From Thermoproteota archaeon (GTDB taxonomy: Archaea > Thermoproteota > Nitrososphaeria_A > Caldarchaeales > Calditenuaceae), in contig JAUQPZ010000002.1 in NCBI GenBank assembly GCA_030550155.1, forward strand, positions 769 through 64,768: a stretch of 64,000 nucleotides of DNA, given 5' to 3'. Position 1 is the stretch's first letter. Every line of letters begins with the position of its first letter. The position numbers and the translations under genes are program-made. Below, piece by piece: positions 9,197 to 19,028 of the stretch. The notes under the pieces are model-generated. The model was not told the DNA's origin and searched no databases. It was given only the letters and a program-made list of their open reading frames with translations.

Positions 9197-9817
9197 TTAT
9201 CTTGACTTTTGGAGTAGCGCAAGTCTTATGAGCTCCTCGTGGATTGCCGTGCTTTCCGAGAGCTCCGGGTGAAATGTTGTCCCCAAGATACTCCGCTGCC
9301 TGACCGCTACAGGCCTACCAGACAGAGTTGCCAGTACCTCAACATTCTCCCCCGTCTCAATTATTCCTGGCGCCCTGATGAAGACGGCCCTATACTCTCT
9401 CAGCCCCAGAGCGGGGATGTCTATTAAGGCCTCGAAGGAGTCTCTCTGCCGTCCATAAGTGTTCCTCTCAACCAGTATGTCTAAAACACCGAGAGTCGAC
9501 TGCCCAGTCTCGCCAACCACCCTGTCATAAACCCTTTTAGCGAGCAGTATCAGCCCGGCGCAGGTCCCTAACACAGGTGTTCCTGCGAGAATCTTTCTTC
9601 TCAGAGCGTCCAGCGCCTTTGTATGGCTGGAGAGCCTACCCATCACAGTGCTCTCGCCTCCAGGGACTATGAGAGCGTCAGCCGCCTCGATCTCCTCAGG
9701 AAGCTTGACTGTCACAGCCCTCCCGCCGACGTTGACTCTCTTTAAGGCCTCTCTAGTTGCTGACAGGTGCTCCTCCACGTCCCCTTGAAACGAGGCTACC
9801 CCGACTGTTACCTCCAT
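9197..9817 (-). CDS. pdxT: Pyridoxal 5'-phosphate synthase glutaminase subunit PdxT
   Basis: 206 aa class-I glutamine amidotransferase with PGGEST, GTCAG (catalytic Cys) and TTFHPE motifs. pdxS is not adjacent. Confidence 0.85.
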   Translation of the reverse strand: MEVTVGVASFQGDVEEHLSATREALKRVNVGGRAVTVKLPEEIEAADALIVPGGESTVMGRLSSHTKALDALRRKILAGTPVLGTCAGLILLAKRVYDRVVGETGQSTLGVLDILVERNTYGRQRDSFEALIDIPALGLREYRAVFIRAPGIIETGENVEVLATLSGRPVAVRQRSILGTTFHPELSESTAIHEELIRLALLQKSR

Positions 9818-9840
9818 GCCGTGATAGATAGTTCTGCCCT

Positions 9841-11115
9841 CTATTTATCTGAGACGAGGCCCAGCTCCTTGTTAATCCTCTCCTGATAACGCTCTGTCTT
9901 AAGCTCTAATATCCCATCTAGGCTAACCGTTCTTCCAAGATGAGAGGACTCGAGAGCTGCTAAGACCATGGCGACGGAGAGCATGCCCTCAAACCCGCCA
10001 GTCTCCGGTCGTCCGCCATCAACGACGCAGCGGAGAAAGTCCAGCAGCTCAAGGGCGATGAGTTTTCTGTCGACTTCCCAGAAGTCCATTTTGTAGCCGT
10101 TTATCAGCCCCGGAAACAGTGCCCGCGTCTCTTTGTCGTAAACCTCCGCGGCAGTGGATGGTGAGAGAGAATAAGGCGTACCCGTTCTCTGGCCGGTGAA
10201 GACTGTGTGGGGCCTGAGTGTGAGGTAGTCGCTGTCACTGGGTCTCGAGGTTTTTACAGGCTCACCCGTCCTCTCCATGGGCACATCAATCGACCCTTCC
10301 TCGAGATAGACTGTTCTCCGCCAGATGCCCTCACCCGAGGCTGCGAGATTTACGAACAAGGTTGCAACAGCGCCGCCATAGAAATAGCATGCACTGAGAA
10401 AGTCTTCAGCCTCCGCTTCTAAGGAAGTTTTCTCGACCGAGTCGCCTCTCACACGCCTCTCGTACCTAGTCCTCCTTAGGAGAGCTGAACTCCCTTGGAC
10501 GCCTGAAGGGGGACCGAAATAGTAGAGGAATATATCCGTATAGTGGCAGCAGAGGTCTATGAGTATCCCACCAGACTTTTTATGGCGCCACGGGGTTAGC
10601 AAAACGTTGTCACCTCCACCCACAACGATCTGTGCTGCAGCCAGCCAGCCGCCCAGTTCTCCACCCTCAATCATCCACTTTGCCAGCCTGTTGGCAGGGT
10701 CTCTCCTGTAGTTCTCAGCTAGGGCGAGTATGCCTCCTCCCCTATTCGCAGCGTCCAGCATTAGTTTGCATCCGCGCACAGTGGGTGAGAGAGGTTTCTC
10801 AACGATGCAGCTCACTCCTCTCTCCAGTAGGGGCTGAGCTATCTTATGATGTGTTGCGGGGTCTGTGCAGATGTCGGCGGCCTCGAACTCGGCTGCCCTT
10901 TCAGCTTCATGTAGGGAGCTGAATTGCATCGGCCTCTCACCCAACATCTTCTCAGCTAGCTGAGCGGCTTCCGAGGCGCGCTCTGGAATCGCGTCAACCA
11001 CTCCGACCAGCCTTGCCTGGAATAGCCCGCTTTTCCTAATCTCATAAATCCCGCCGATATGTCTTTTACCCATTAAGCCGCAACCAACGAGCAGCAGGCG
11101 CGGTGTGTAGCTCAT
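9841..11115 (-). CDS. Gfo/Idh/MocA-family NAD(P)-dependent oxidoreductase (possible nucleotide-sugar 3-dehydrogenase, WbpB-like)
   Basis: N-terminal Rossmann motif LLLVGCGLMGKRH and the EKP motif (CIVEKPLS). The functional guess rests on its co-location with the DegT aminotransferase and LbH transferase genes. Confidence 0.65.
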   Translation of the reverse strand: MSYTPRLLLVGCGLMGKRHIGGIYEIRKSGLFQARLVGVVDAIPERASEAAQLAEKMLGERPMQFSSLHEAERAAEFEAADICTDPATHHKIAQPLLERGVSCIVEKPLSPTVRGCKLMLDAANRGGGILALAENYRRDPANRLAKWMIEGGELGGWLAAAQIVVGGGDNVLLTPWRHKKSGGILIDLCCHYTDIFLYYFGPPSGVQGSSALLRRTRYERRVRGDSVEKTSLEAEAEDFLSACYFYGGAVATLFVNLAASGEGIWRRTVYLEEGSIDVPMERTGEPVKTSRPSDSDYLTLRPHTVFTGQRTGTPYSLSPSTAAEVYDKETRALFPGLINGYKMDFWEVDRKLIALELLDFLRCVVDGGRPETGGFEGMLSVAMVLAALESSHLGRTVSLDGILELKTERYQERINKELGLVSDK

Positions 11116-12362
11116 GGCAGGTCGCTTTTATGCCCCAGCACCCCTGTCCTCTCGCTTCTAGTCAACTCATACAGCTTCCTGACGAGTTCCAGGTATCTCT
11201 CGCTTGGTGAGATTCCTCTCCTCCTCATCATTCTCTCTAGGACTCTTAGCTCAACCTCCAGCTCCAGCTCATACATCTCTCTCTGGAAGTCTATCCCCGT
11301 GAAGGGCGGAATATTCTTGACTACCACCCCGCTCAGGACCGCGAAGGGGCCTGCGAGTCTTCCAGTCATGAGTGTTGTGTCAACCATTGTTCTCACATGA
11401 TCGCCTAGCACGGAGCCAAAGAACTGTCTGCCGGTGTGCACTACCTTGTCACCCATTTTCACTTTTATCTCGCCGTAGGTTGTTTTGAGATTGGATGTGG
11501 TTGTTCCCGCTGCTATGTTAACCCACTCGCCAATCATGCTGTGGCCTATGTATCCGTAGTGGTGTTTGTTGCTGTATCCTGTCATGATCGTGTATTCTAT
11601 TTCGGCTGATATCCTGCATACTGGGCCTGTATAGACGTTTGGCCCCACTCTGCCGCCATAGACAATCGAGTCTTGACCAATCACACATGGCCCAATCAGC
11701 TTCGTGCCAGACTCCACCTTCACATTCTCACCCAGAATCACAGGGCCCCTACGCGCATCTATCACGGTGAATGGCTCTATCTCGCAGCTGGGCGGGATGA
11801 AGACGTATTCAGGTCTTCCAAGCACTACAACATGCTGGTCATGCTGATAGGGCTCGCTTACAGGTGGAGTAGGCGGTGTCTCCTCTAAGAGGTCCCACGG
11901 AAAGTTGTAGAGGCTGTCGCCGGGCGCCTCCAATGCTTCAACCTCCCCAACCATGGATTTTAAGAGCGTAGTGAGGGCGGCTGGGTCCTCAATCTCTGAG
12001 ACTCTGTGGCCTCTCAGCAGGGCGGCGCATATCCTGTCACCTGCCAATAGTATGAACTCGCGGCCAGCAGTTTTCTCGATGAGCCGGAAGACTATGTCTG
12101 ATCTCTTTATCAGCCCGTTGATAATTACAGCCCCATCATCCCGGCTGGGACTGGTGTTAACTCTGAGCGACGGCTCCCTCACCTTCTCAAACTCAGCCAA
12201 GTAGTCTCTGATAAACGCATACATCTCGTAGCCTAGAAAGCCCTTCCTTATCCTGTCCAATATGAGGCCGCTCGGCGTCAGCAATCTGTAGGCAGGCCTA
12301 GTATACGTTACCTGTGTAAAGTTCCTCCAAGCCTCATCCTCGAACACGATTAGATTCATCAA
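11112..12362 (-). CDS. Left-handed beta-helix (hexapeptide-repeat) acyl/acetyltransferase with an N-terminal nucleotidyltransferase-like domain (GlmU/WbpD-like)
   Basis: The C-terminal half carries hexapeptide repeats (VIGQDSIVYGGRVGPNVYTGPVCRISAEIE…IGHSMIGEWVNIAAGTTTSNL). The N-terminal approx. 200 aa lack the canonical GxGTR nucleotidyltransferase motif. Its 4-nt overlaps with the flanking genes imply an operon. Confidence 0.5.
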   Translation of the reverse strand: MMNLIVFEDEAWRNFTQVTYTRPAYRLLTPSGLILDRIRKGFLGYEMYAFIRDYLAEFEKVREPSLRVNTSPSRDDGAVIINGLIKRSDIVFRLIEKTAGREFILLAGDRICAALLRGHRVSEIEDPAALTTLLKSMVGEVEALEAPGDSLYNFPWDLLEETPPTPPVSEPYQHDQHVVVLGRPEYVFIPPSCEIEPFTVIDARRGPVILGENVKVESGTKLIGPCVIGQDSIVYGGRVGPNVYTGPVCRISAEIEYTIMTGYSNKHHYGYIGHSMIGEWVNIAAGTTTSNLKTTYGEIKVKMGDKVVHTGRQFFGSVLGDHVRTMVDTTLMTGRLAGPFAVLSGVVVKNIPPFTGIDFQREMYELELEVELRVLERMMRRRGISPSERYLELVRKLYELTRSERTGVLGHKSDLP

Positions 12363-13549
12363 AGCTCATCCCTGTTTTTCTCGACCTTTCTGAGTGCTTT
12401 GAAGACGTCCTCAACTTCCTTGTATCCGCCTAGCAATACTCTGTGATGTATGAAGATGTGAGTCGCCGCGGCCGCCTCAGTGTTCGGGAACGCGTCGGGG
12501 TCGGATCTGACGCCTTTGTGCTCGAGATACCTTGCGAGGGGCGGGTATCGATAGAGTGGGACAGGCCAGCCAGCGGAGGCTGGGATTCCTTCCGCCCTGA
12601 GCGCCTCAACTATTCTCCTCTTCGGAACTCCGCGGAAAAGCTCTGCTTCCACGCGCAGCATCACTAAGTAGTGACAAGTCCTTGATGCGCCGGGTGGAGG
12701 CTTGATGACGCTGAACCCCTCCAGCTCTTCGCACAGCTTAGAGAGAAGAGTGAAATTCTGTTGACGCCTCTCAATCTGGCTGTCAAGCCTCTTCATCTGT
12801 TCTAGAAGTATCGCCGCCTGAAACTCACTCATCCTGTAGTTGTAGCCCAAGATGTCGTTCTCGTACCAGTCCTTGTCCGGCGTCCTACCGCAGTCTATCA
12901 GTGAAGAGCAGAGACTAGCTACCGCCTCGTCGTTTGTGGTTATTAAACCGCCTTCACCGCTCGTGACGACCTTGCTTGACTGAAAGCTGAAGCACCCCGC
13001 AGTCGAGCTACTCCCCACCCTCCTACCCCTCCACTCGCTTCCATGTGCCTCGGCGGCATCCTCGATGACGGAGACGCAGTGCTCCCTTGATATGCTATTG
13101 ATAACGTCGATGTCTACTGGGTGTCCGCCAACATGCACGGGGAGTATCGCTTTTACGTCCCCGTCTACGCGCTCAGCCACGAGGCTGAGGTCTATGTTGA
13201 CTCCGCCCTCAACTATGTCGACATATATCGGGACTGCGCCGAGCTCCACAATTACGGACGAGGTGGCGACGAATGTATAAGGTGTTGTAATGACTTTGTC
13301 TCCCGGTCCAACACCAGAGGCCCGTAAAGCCACTTTCAGGGCTGTCGTCCCATTCATGCATGGGACGCCGAACCTTGAGCCTATGTAGGATGCAAAAACC
13401 TCCCCCAGCCTCTGAGTAAGCTGCCCACCTCTACCCCAGACACCACTTCTCAGCGCCGCGAGAAGTGCCTCCTCCTCTTCGCGCCCCCAGACGGGCCAAG
13501 AAGGGAAGGGCTCTACACGGACGCGCTCTCCACCCTTTATGGCGAGCAA
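12359..13549 (-). CDS. DegT/DnrJ/EryC1/StrS-family PLP-dependent sugar aminotransferase
   Basis: 396 aa with the fold-type I aminotransferase signature and the PLP-lysine motif FSFQSSKVVTSGEGG. Confidence 0.85.
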   Translation of the reverse strand: MLAIKGGERVRVEPFPSWPVWGREEEEALLAALRSGVWGRGGQLTQRLGEVFASYIGSRFGVPCMNGTTALKVALRASGVGPGDKVITTPYTFVATSSVIVELGAVPIYVDIVEGGVNIDLSLVAERVDGDVKAILPVHVGGHPVDIDVINSISREHCVSVIEDAAEAHGSEWRGRRVGSSSTAGCFSFQSSKVVTSGEGGLITTNDEAVASLCSSLIDCGRTPDKDWYENDILGYNYRMSEFQAAILLEQMKRLDSQIERRQQNFTLLSKLCEELEGFSVIKPPPGASRTCHYLVMLRVEAELFRGVPKRRIVEALRAEGIPASAGWPVPLYRYPPLARYLEHKGVRSDPDAFPNTEAAAATHIFIHHRVLLGGYKEVEDVFKALRKVEKNRDEL

Positions 13550-13651
13550 ACCTGAATCTTAGCTTGCATTGGGGATATATTTGGATGTCTAATTTTGGAG
13601 ACTGGAGCACTCCCTCTCTACTTTTTAGAGAATACAGGGCAGCCAGCTCTA

Positions 13652-15697
13652 CTACTTGAAAACAACTCTTAGCCGGGGGGATGTCAGTGAGAGGGGTTTG
13701 AAGAGGATGCCCTCGCCCGTGAAGAACTTGGTGAAGAACTCGTAAAGATGAAGCCTCAGGGCCTGGATGAAGACCAGAAGCCCCTCGAGCCCCATCACGC
13801 CTATGTTCCCGATAATCAGTATGCCGATAGAAGCGTAGGAGAGTGCCTCCCATGCGGAGTTGATAAGAAACATCAGGGCCACATGAATAATCATAAGTAT
13901 GGAGATTCTGAGGTAGCTGAGAGTGTTCGACATAAAGTGTATGATGTTCTCAAGAACCTCCAAAAGCCCTGTGCCGATGTGACTTAAGGGGCTCGCCTTA
14001 GGGAAAAGGCCGAAGAAGGAGCTGACAAGCCTACCACCGACTAAGAGCGCAATGCACAGCAGGACCCCATATACTCCTATGTTTCCAACCAAGGATACCG
14101 GAAGGCCCAGCAGGGGGACGGGCTCCTGGCTGGTAAAGAGTGTCCCGAATCCTCTCACGGTTAGGAAGGCGAGGGCGAAGAGTAGTCCGAAGACATACAT
14201 TGCAAGCGAGGTCACCTTCGAGAAAATCGCCTCCCCATACTCGCCTTGTCTAAACAATATGTATGCCGCCAGTCCAAGCCCTATTGAGACGTGGATAAAG
14301 CCTAGTAGTGGTGCGAAAGAGAAGAGAGTTATAACGGCCTCTGTGTTGAGTGCCGCAGAACCTCCGTGGTGCTCGATGAGCTCCAAGATGGGCTTAATCC
14401 CGGTGATCGGCGAGAGCTTGAATCCGAACGCCTCCTGTATCAGGAAGCCTGTGGTCGCCGCTGATGCTCCGAGGATTAAGAGTAAGCGGCCCCAGAGCTT
14501 CAAGGAGCCTTTGGCGCGCATGCTCAGTACCAGCCCCAAGGCGGCTATCACGAGGCCTTGGCCTAAGTCGGCGAACATTATTCCATAGAATATCGTCAGA
14601 AAGATGGAGACTATCGGCGTGGGGTCAATCTCGTAGTAGGAGGGTGGGCCCTGAATGAGTGTTACGGGCTTGAAGGCCTCGGTAAACCAGTTGTTCCTCA
14701 TCCTTGTAGGCGGTTTCTCCTCGTGTCCCTCGATGTGAGCTTCGCGTTGAGGGATGGGGGAGATATCTACGTATGCGAGGCCGCCGACCTCTCTCAGGAA
14801 CTCCTCCCTCATGGATGAGGGAATATAGCCCTCCAAGACTACTAACCGCCCAGCTCCGCCCCCTATCCTCTGAATCGAATCCATGAGGCCCCGGGCTAAG
14901 TCCCTCAGCGAGATGAGCTCGGACCCCCACTCGGCCTTGATCTTAACCCTCTCCTGTTGGAGCCCCTCAAACTCATCTCTGAGCTTAGAAAGCGTCTCCT
15001 TGAGCTCTGTTAGGTGCGCCGATAGCTTCTCCAGAGCCTCGAAAGCGACAGGCTCTATTGGGGTCAGGTTAAATGTCCTTAGAATCCTCTCCACCCTCTC
15101 CCTATTCTTCACCTTTGAGACGACAAGCAATAGTGAGGAGCCTCTCTCAAGCGGCTTGACAGCTACAGAGGCCTCTTCAAGAGCTCCCATAATCTCTTCT
15201 AAGTCACGTGTCGAGGCTATGAAGGCCGCCACGTAGAGTCTTCTGGCGCTATAAAGTGCTGAAAGGTCGAGGCCTATGGCCGACTGAATTGAGAGCCTGG
15301 AGGCCTCCTTCTCAACCCTGTCAATCTGGGTCCTAAGCTCCTCGATTCTAGCATCTGTCCCCTTTAGCTTTGAGAGAATCGGGCGGCTTCTCTCCTCAAT
15401 GTAGTGGCACAGCTCCTCCACATTTTCCAAGTCTAAATTCTGGGGCTCGGGCTCCCCCCTCAAAAGCACCTCGACGACACCCCCACCAGCCTCCACTTCA
15501 AGGAGCCTAACAGCCGCCTCCAGATCCAGGTATAGCCTTCTCGACCTCTCATATAGCGTCCCAAGCCTAAAAGAGATCTCGGCGTCTTCGCGCGTCGCAG
15601 GGTGGAACTCGCCAAACTTTAGCAGTGTGGTTAAGAGGTCGGGGCTACGCTTGGCGGGTGCTACTATCCTCACTCGTTGCAGCTGCTCTACGACCAT
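13652..15697 (-). CDS. atpI: A/V-type ATP synthase subunit I (a-subunit)
   Basis: 681 aa with an N-terminal cytoplasmic coiled-coil region of about 350 aa and a C-terminal polytopic membrane domain. It matches the V/A-ATPase 116-kDa subunit family, including the conserved Arg in …LSYLRISILMIIHVAL…. Confidence 0.8.
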   Translation of the reverse strand: MVVEQLQRVRIVAPAKRSPDLLTTLLKFGEFHPATREDAEISFRLGTLYERSRRLYLDLEAAVRLLEVEAGGGVVEVLLRGEPEPQNLDLENVEELCHYIEERSRPILSKLKGTDARIEELRTQIDRVEKEASRLSIQSAIGLDLSALYSARRLYVAAFIASTRDLEEIMGALEEASVAVKPLERGSSLLLVVSKVKNRERVERILRTFNLTPIEPVAFEALEKLSAHLTELKETLSKLRDEFEGLQQERVKIKAEWGSELISLRDLARGLMDSIQRIGGGAGRLVVLEGYIPSSMREEFLREVGGLAYVDISPIPQREAHIEGHEEKPPTRMRNNWFTEAFKPVTLIQGPPSYYEIDPTPIVSIFLTIFYGIMFADLGQGLVIAALGLVLSMRAKGSLKLWGRLLLILGASAATTGFLIQEAFGFKLSPITGIKPILELIEHHGGSAALNTEAVITLFSFAPLLGFIHVSIGLGLAAYILFRQGEYGEAIFSKVTSLAMYVFGLLFALAFLTVRGFGTLFTSQEPVPLLGLPVSLVGNIGVYGVLLCIALLVGGRLVSSFFGLFPKASPLSHIGTGLLEVLENIIHFMSNTLSYLRISILMIIHVALMFLINSAWEALSYASIGILIIGNIGVMGLEGLLVFIQALRLHLYEFFTKFFTGEGILFKPLSLTSPRLRVVFK

Positions 15698-15793
15698 TCA
15701 AAGCAGATTGTCTTGTTCAGAATTTAATCCTTAGTCTCGGTATGGTGGTTGTGCTAATAACAGTTAAAAAGGGCGGCCCGAGTAGTATAGGGC

Positions 15794-16438
15794 ATGAGCG
15801 CTATACTTAAGCCGCGAGACAGGGAGTTTGTGAGGAAGAAGCTCGAGGAAGGGATGAGGGGAGGAGTGAGGATGCTCTTTTTCACCCAAGAGATTGAGTG
15901 TGAGTACTGCGAAGTGACTAGGAGTCTATTGGAGGAGCTCTCAGGGCTGAATAGCCAGCTCAGGCTGGAGGTCTATGACTTGGTGAGGGATAGAGATGTG
16001 GCTGATAGGTGGCGGATAGACAAGATTCCCGCCACACTACTCTTGGGGGAGAAGGAAAGGTGGGTTAGGTTCTTCGGCGTCCCCAGCGGCTACGAATTCG
16101 TCACACTATTGGAGGACATAGTCGATGTCTCCAGAGGTAGCTCCAGGCTTCCGCCACAGGCATTAGAGATGTTGAAAAAAGTAGACAAGCCACTCCACAT
16201 ACAGGTCTTCGTCACGCCCACCTGCCCATACTGCCCTCGAGCAGTAAGAGCAGCTCACCAGATGGCTATAGAGAACCCCAACATAGTCGCCGACATGGTC
16301 GAGGTTATAGAGTTCCCCCACCTCGCGCAGAGGTATCAAGTCATGGCTGTTCCGAAGACCGTTGTTAATGACCGTGTCTCTTTTGAAGGGGCTTTACCAG
16401 AGCTACACTACATCGAGCACGTTCTACAAGCACTGTAG
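15794..16438 (+). CDS. pdo: Protein disulfide oxidoreductase (glutaredoxin-like, two thioredoxin folds)
   Basis: 214 aa with two CxxC active sites (CEYC and CPYC) in tandem thioredoxin-like units, typical of hyperthermophile PDO. Confidence 0.8.
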   Translation: MSAILKPRDREFVRKKLEEGMRGGVRMLFFTQEIECEYCEVTRSLLEELSGLNSQLRLEVYDLVRDRDVADRWRIDKIPATLLLGEKERWVRFFGVPSGYEFVTLLEDIVDVSRGSSRLPPQALEMLKKVDKPLHIQVFVTPTCPYCPRAVRAAHQMAIENPNIVADMVEVIEFPHLAQRYQVMAVPKTVVNDRVSFEGALPELHYIEHVLQAL

Positions 16439-16461
16439 TAAACGTTGATAAAAACGCTGGC

Positions 16462-18387
16462 GTGTATTTTGAGATAGTGATAGAGAAGACGAAATTCGAG
16501 GTAAACAGCATAGACATCGCTGCGATAGTTAGTGAGCTCGCCAATCAGCTGCCCCGTTACGCCTCGCAGATATACCGCGGGCTCGACGGCTCATACATCC
16601 TCAGGCTGACAAGTAAAGAGGATGTCCGTGACTTAAAGATCGTGCCTGGGAAGGCCTTGTTCCTCGCGGAGGGGGTATTCAAGCAGCACGGCGAGCTGGA
16701 CTCCCTCACCATCACGCTCCGCCGAACACTGAGGGGATTTACCCTCAAGTCCTGCGAGCATGTCCTTGGCGAGAGAATCGCCATCCTACACTTCGAGAGA
16801 GGAGAAATCCGTTATAGACTGGTTGCAGAGGTCTTCCCTGGGGGCGGTCTAAGCCTTCTTGACGCCGGGGGCAATGTGGTAGCCTCCACATCTCTGGAGA
16901 AGGGAAGGCCATACTCTCCGCCACAGGCAAGACGAACAGTGACCAGTGGTGAGGAGCTTCTCAGAGTTTTAAGTGTTATTGAGAGAAAATCGAGGATAGG
17001 AGTCGTCCTCGCGAGAGAGCTGGGCCTGGGTGGGAAATATTCTGATGAGGTCCTTGCCAGGGCTGGTGTCGAGCCCTCAAAGCGTGTTGGAGAGCTAGCT
17101 GAGTGGGAGAGAGCGGCCATCGCTGAGAGTCTTGACAAGGTTCTGAGGCTGGCCTCTGTGCCTGAACCAAGGCTTTACAGGAGCGGAGACCAGTATGTCG
17201 CGTTCGCCCCATTCCCGCTGAAGCATCTCGCAGAGAAGGGCCTCTTGGAGGAGTTTGAGACGAGCATAAACCGGGCCGCGATGCGAGTATACGAGTCGTA
17301 TCTCAGAGGCGCTAGACTAGTTGAGCATCAGAGAAAGATCCTTGAAGAAGCTAAAAAGATCGAGAAGGAGATTGCTGAGAAAAAGGCTTTAGCAGAGCAG
17401 TTGAGGACCAAGGCCTCGGAGCTCAGAGAGGTTGCTGACCTGCTCTTCAGTAAGATTAGTGAATTGAAGGATTCTTGGTTGGAGATACGTGAGGGCAGGC
17501 GTCTCGAGGGGCTGGTTATGTCGATTGACAGCGTCGCAGGGACTGCAACACTTTTGATAGAGGGGAGGGAGGTAAAGCTAAGCATTCGTGAACCTGTGAC
17601 GCGGCAGATCGACGAGCTCTACCAATCCTCTAAGACTACGATGAAGGGGGCCGAGAATCTCATGAGCGAGATAAGTGAGCTGGAGAGGAGGCTCTCAAGC
17701 CTAAGAGAGAGCCCACCCCCCACCGCTCTGGAGGAAGTAGTGGAGAGGAGGAGCAGAGGGGCTGAATGGTATCAGAGATATAGATGGTCCCTGACGGCCG
17801 GCGGGCACTTGATAGTGCTTGGGAGAGACACATCCTCCAACATTCGGCTTCTGAAGAGGCATCTGGAGTCCCCCGACCTCGTTTTTCACGCCGAGGTGCG
17901 CGGCTCCCCCGTTGCGATATTGAAGGAGGGTGCAGAGGCCGGGCAGGATGACCTGCGCGCGGCGGCAACGCTATGCGCCAGCTTCAGCAGGGCTTGGAGG
18001 GAGGAAGTCTCCTCAACGACGGTTTACTGGGTGAAGCCAGACCAGATAAGCTTCTCACCCCCCCAAGGCACATATCTTCCCAAGGGCTCCTTCATAGTCA
18101 AACCACCCAAAAACTACATAGCTGTGAAGCTAGAGATCTGCGTCGGATATTCGAGGCGTCTTGGACCAATAGTCGGTTGTGAAGAGTGGGTATCACGGGA
18201 GGCCGATGTCTATGCAGTCATTACGCCGGGGAAGGAAGCGGCTTCAACCCTATCACGCACACTGATCGAGATCGCTGAACGCTCGATAGGTGTAGCGAGG
18301 GGGGAGATAAAGCCTTACCAACTCGAAGCGATAGTCCCTTACGGTAGATGCCGCGTTCTAAGATGGTCTCACAGAGGACATGCTTGA
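16462..18387 (+). CDS. NFACT-family protein (Rqc2/NEMF/FbpA homologue; ribosome quality-control-like)
   Basis: 641 aa with an NFACT-N region (…LGERIAILHF…), a central coiled coil and a C-terminal NFACT-R/DUF814 block (GGHLIVLGRDTSSNIRLLKRHLESPDLVFHAEVRGSPVAILKEG). Confidence 0.75.
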   Translation: MYFEIVIEKTKFEVNSIDIAAIVSELANQLPRYASQIYRGLDGSYILRLTSKEDVRDLKIVPGKALFLAEGVFKQHGELDSLTITLRRTLRGFTLKSCEHVLGERIAILHFERGEIRYRLVAEVFPGGGLSLLDAGGNVVASTSLEKGRPYSPPQARRTVTSGEELLRVLSVIERKSRIGVVLARELGLGGKYSDEVLARAGVEPSKRVGELAEWERAAIAESLDKVLRLASVPEPRLYRSGDQYVAFAPFPLKHLAEKGLLEEFETSINRAAMRVYESYLRGARLVEHQRKILEEAKKIEKEIAEKKALAEQLRTKASELREVADLLFSKISELKDSWLEIREGRRLEGLVMSIDSVAGTATLLIEGREVKLSIREPVTRQIDELYQSSKTTMKGAENLMSEISELERRLSSLRESPPPTALEEVVERRSRGAEWYQRYRWSLTAGGHLIVLGRDTSSNIRLLKRHLESPDLVFHAEVRGSPVAILKEGAEAGQDDLRAAATLCASFSRAWREEVSSTTVYWVKPDQISFSPPQGTYLPKGSFIVKPPKNYIAVKLEICVGYSRRLGPIVGCEEWVSREADVYAVITPGKEAASTLSRTLIEIAERSIGVARGEIKPYQLEAIVPYGRCRVLRWSHRGHA

Positions 18388-18440
18388 AGGGGATATATAC
18401 GGTTCCGCGTAGCGTTAGATAGATTTTTAATCAAGAGGAC

Positions 18441-19028
18441 ATGATGCATGAGTGGATGACGCCGTTCCTAAGCGAGGAGATAACGGTAAAGGAGGTCATG
18501 ACTAGCCCGGTCATAGAGCTGGACTCGAGCAGCACGACGGACATGGCGGCCGGGCTCATGGCCAAATACAAGATTAGTAGCATCCTTGTTAGTAGGAATG
18601 GTAAGCCCGTCGGGATCGTGACCAAGAGAGACTTGGTGGAGAAGGTTGTGGCTCTCGATAGGAAGCCGAGCGAGGTCAGGTTGGAGGAGATCATGTCTTC
18701 TCCGCTCGTGACGATAGACCCTACCGCCACGCTGGAGGAGGCCCTTAGGCTCATGACCCGTCTAGGAATAAGCAGGCTCATCGTCAGTTACAAGGGTAAC
18801 GTGCAGGGTATCATCAGCTTGAAGGACGCTCTAAAAATAACTCCAGACATAATCACGATAGCTAAAGAGCAGTTCAGGTTGAGGGGTATCCCCATCTCTA
18901 AGAGCGAGCCGTATCTCGAAGGATACTGCGACTCTTGTGGAGAATGGAGTGATATGCTTGTGAGGGTCGAGGACCAGTATGTCTGCGAGGAGTGCAGACT
19001 CGAGCTCGAGAAGAGAAGCATCACATAG
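18441..19028 (+). CDS. CBS-pair domain protein with a C-terminal CxxC…CxxC zinc ribbon
   Basis: Two CBS motifs (VKEVMTSPVIELD…, LEEIMSSPLVTID…) followed by CDSCGEW…CEECR. Confidence 0.7.
   Translation: MMHEWMTPFLSEEITVKEVMTSPVIELDSSSTTDMAAGLMAKYKISSILVSRNGKPVGIVTKRDLVEKVVALDRKPSEVRLEEIMSSPLVTIDPTATLEEALRLMTRLGISRLIVSYKGNVQGIISLKDALKITPDIITIAKEQFRLRGIPISKSEPYLEGYCDSCGEWSDMLVRVEDQYVCEECRLELEKRSIT

Noticed and set aside
13431-13853. 140-aa minus-strand ORF spanning the degT/atpI boundary
   Set aside because: It overlaps the well-supported DegT and AtpI genes out of frame and has an Arg/Gly/Pro-rich low-complexity translation typical of GC-rich antisense or alternate frames.
14052-14588. 178-aa plus-strand ORF antisense to atpI, plus similar long antisense ORFs such as 656..1003, 3410..3838, 6307..6714, 31566..31748 and 50571..50963
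   Set aside because: They lie entirely inside strongly supported genes on the opposite strand. Their composition is Ser/Arg/Pro-rich with no motifs. Long spurious ORFs are expected at about 57% GC.
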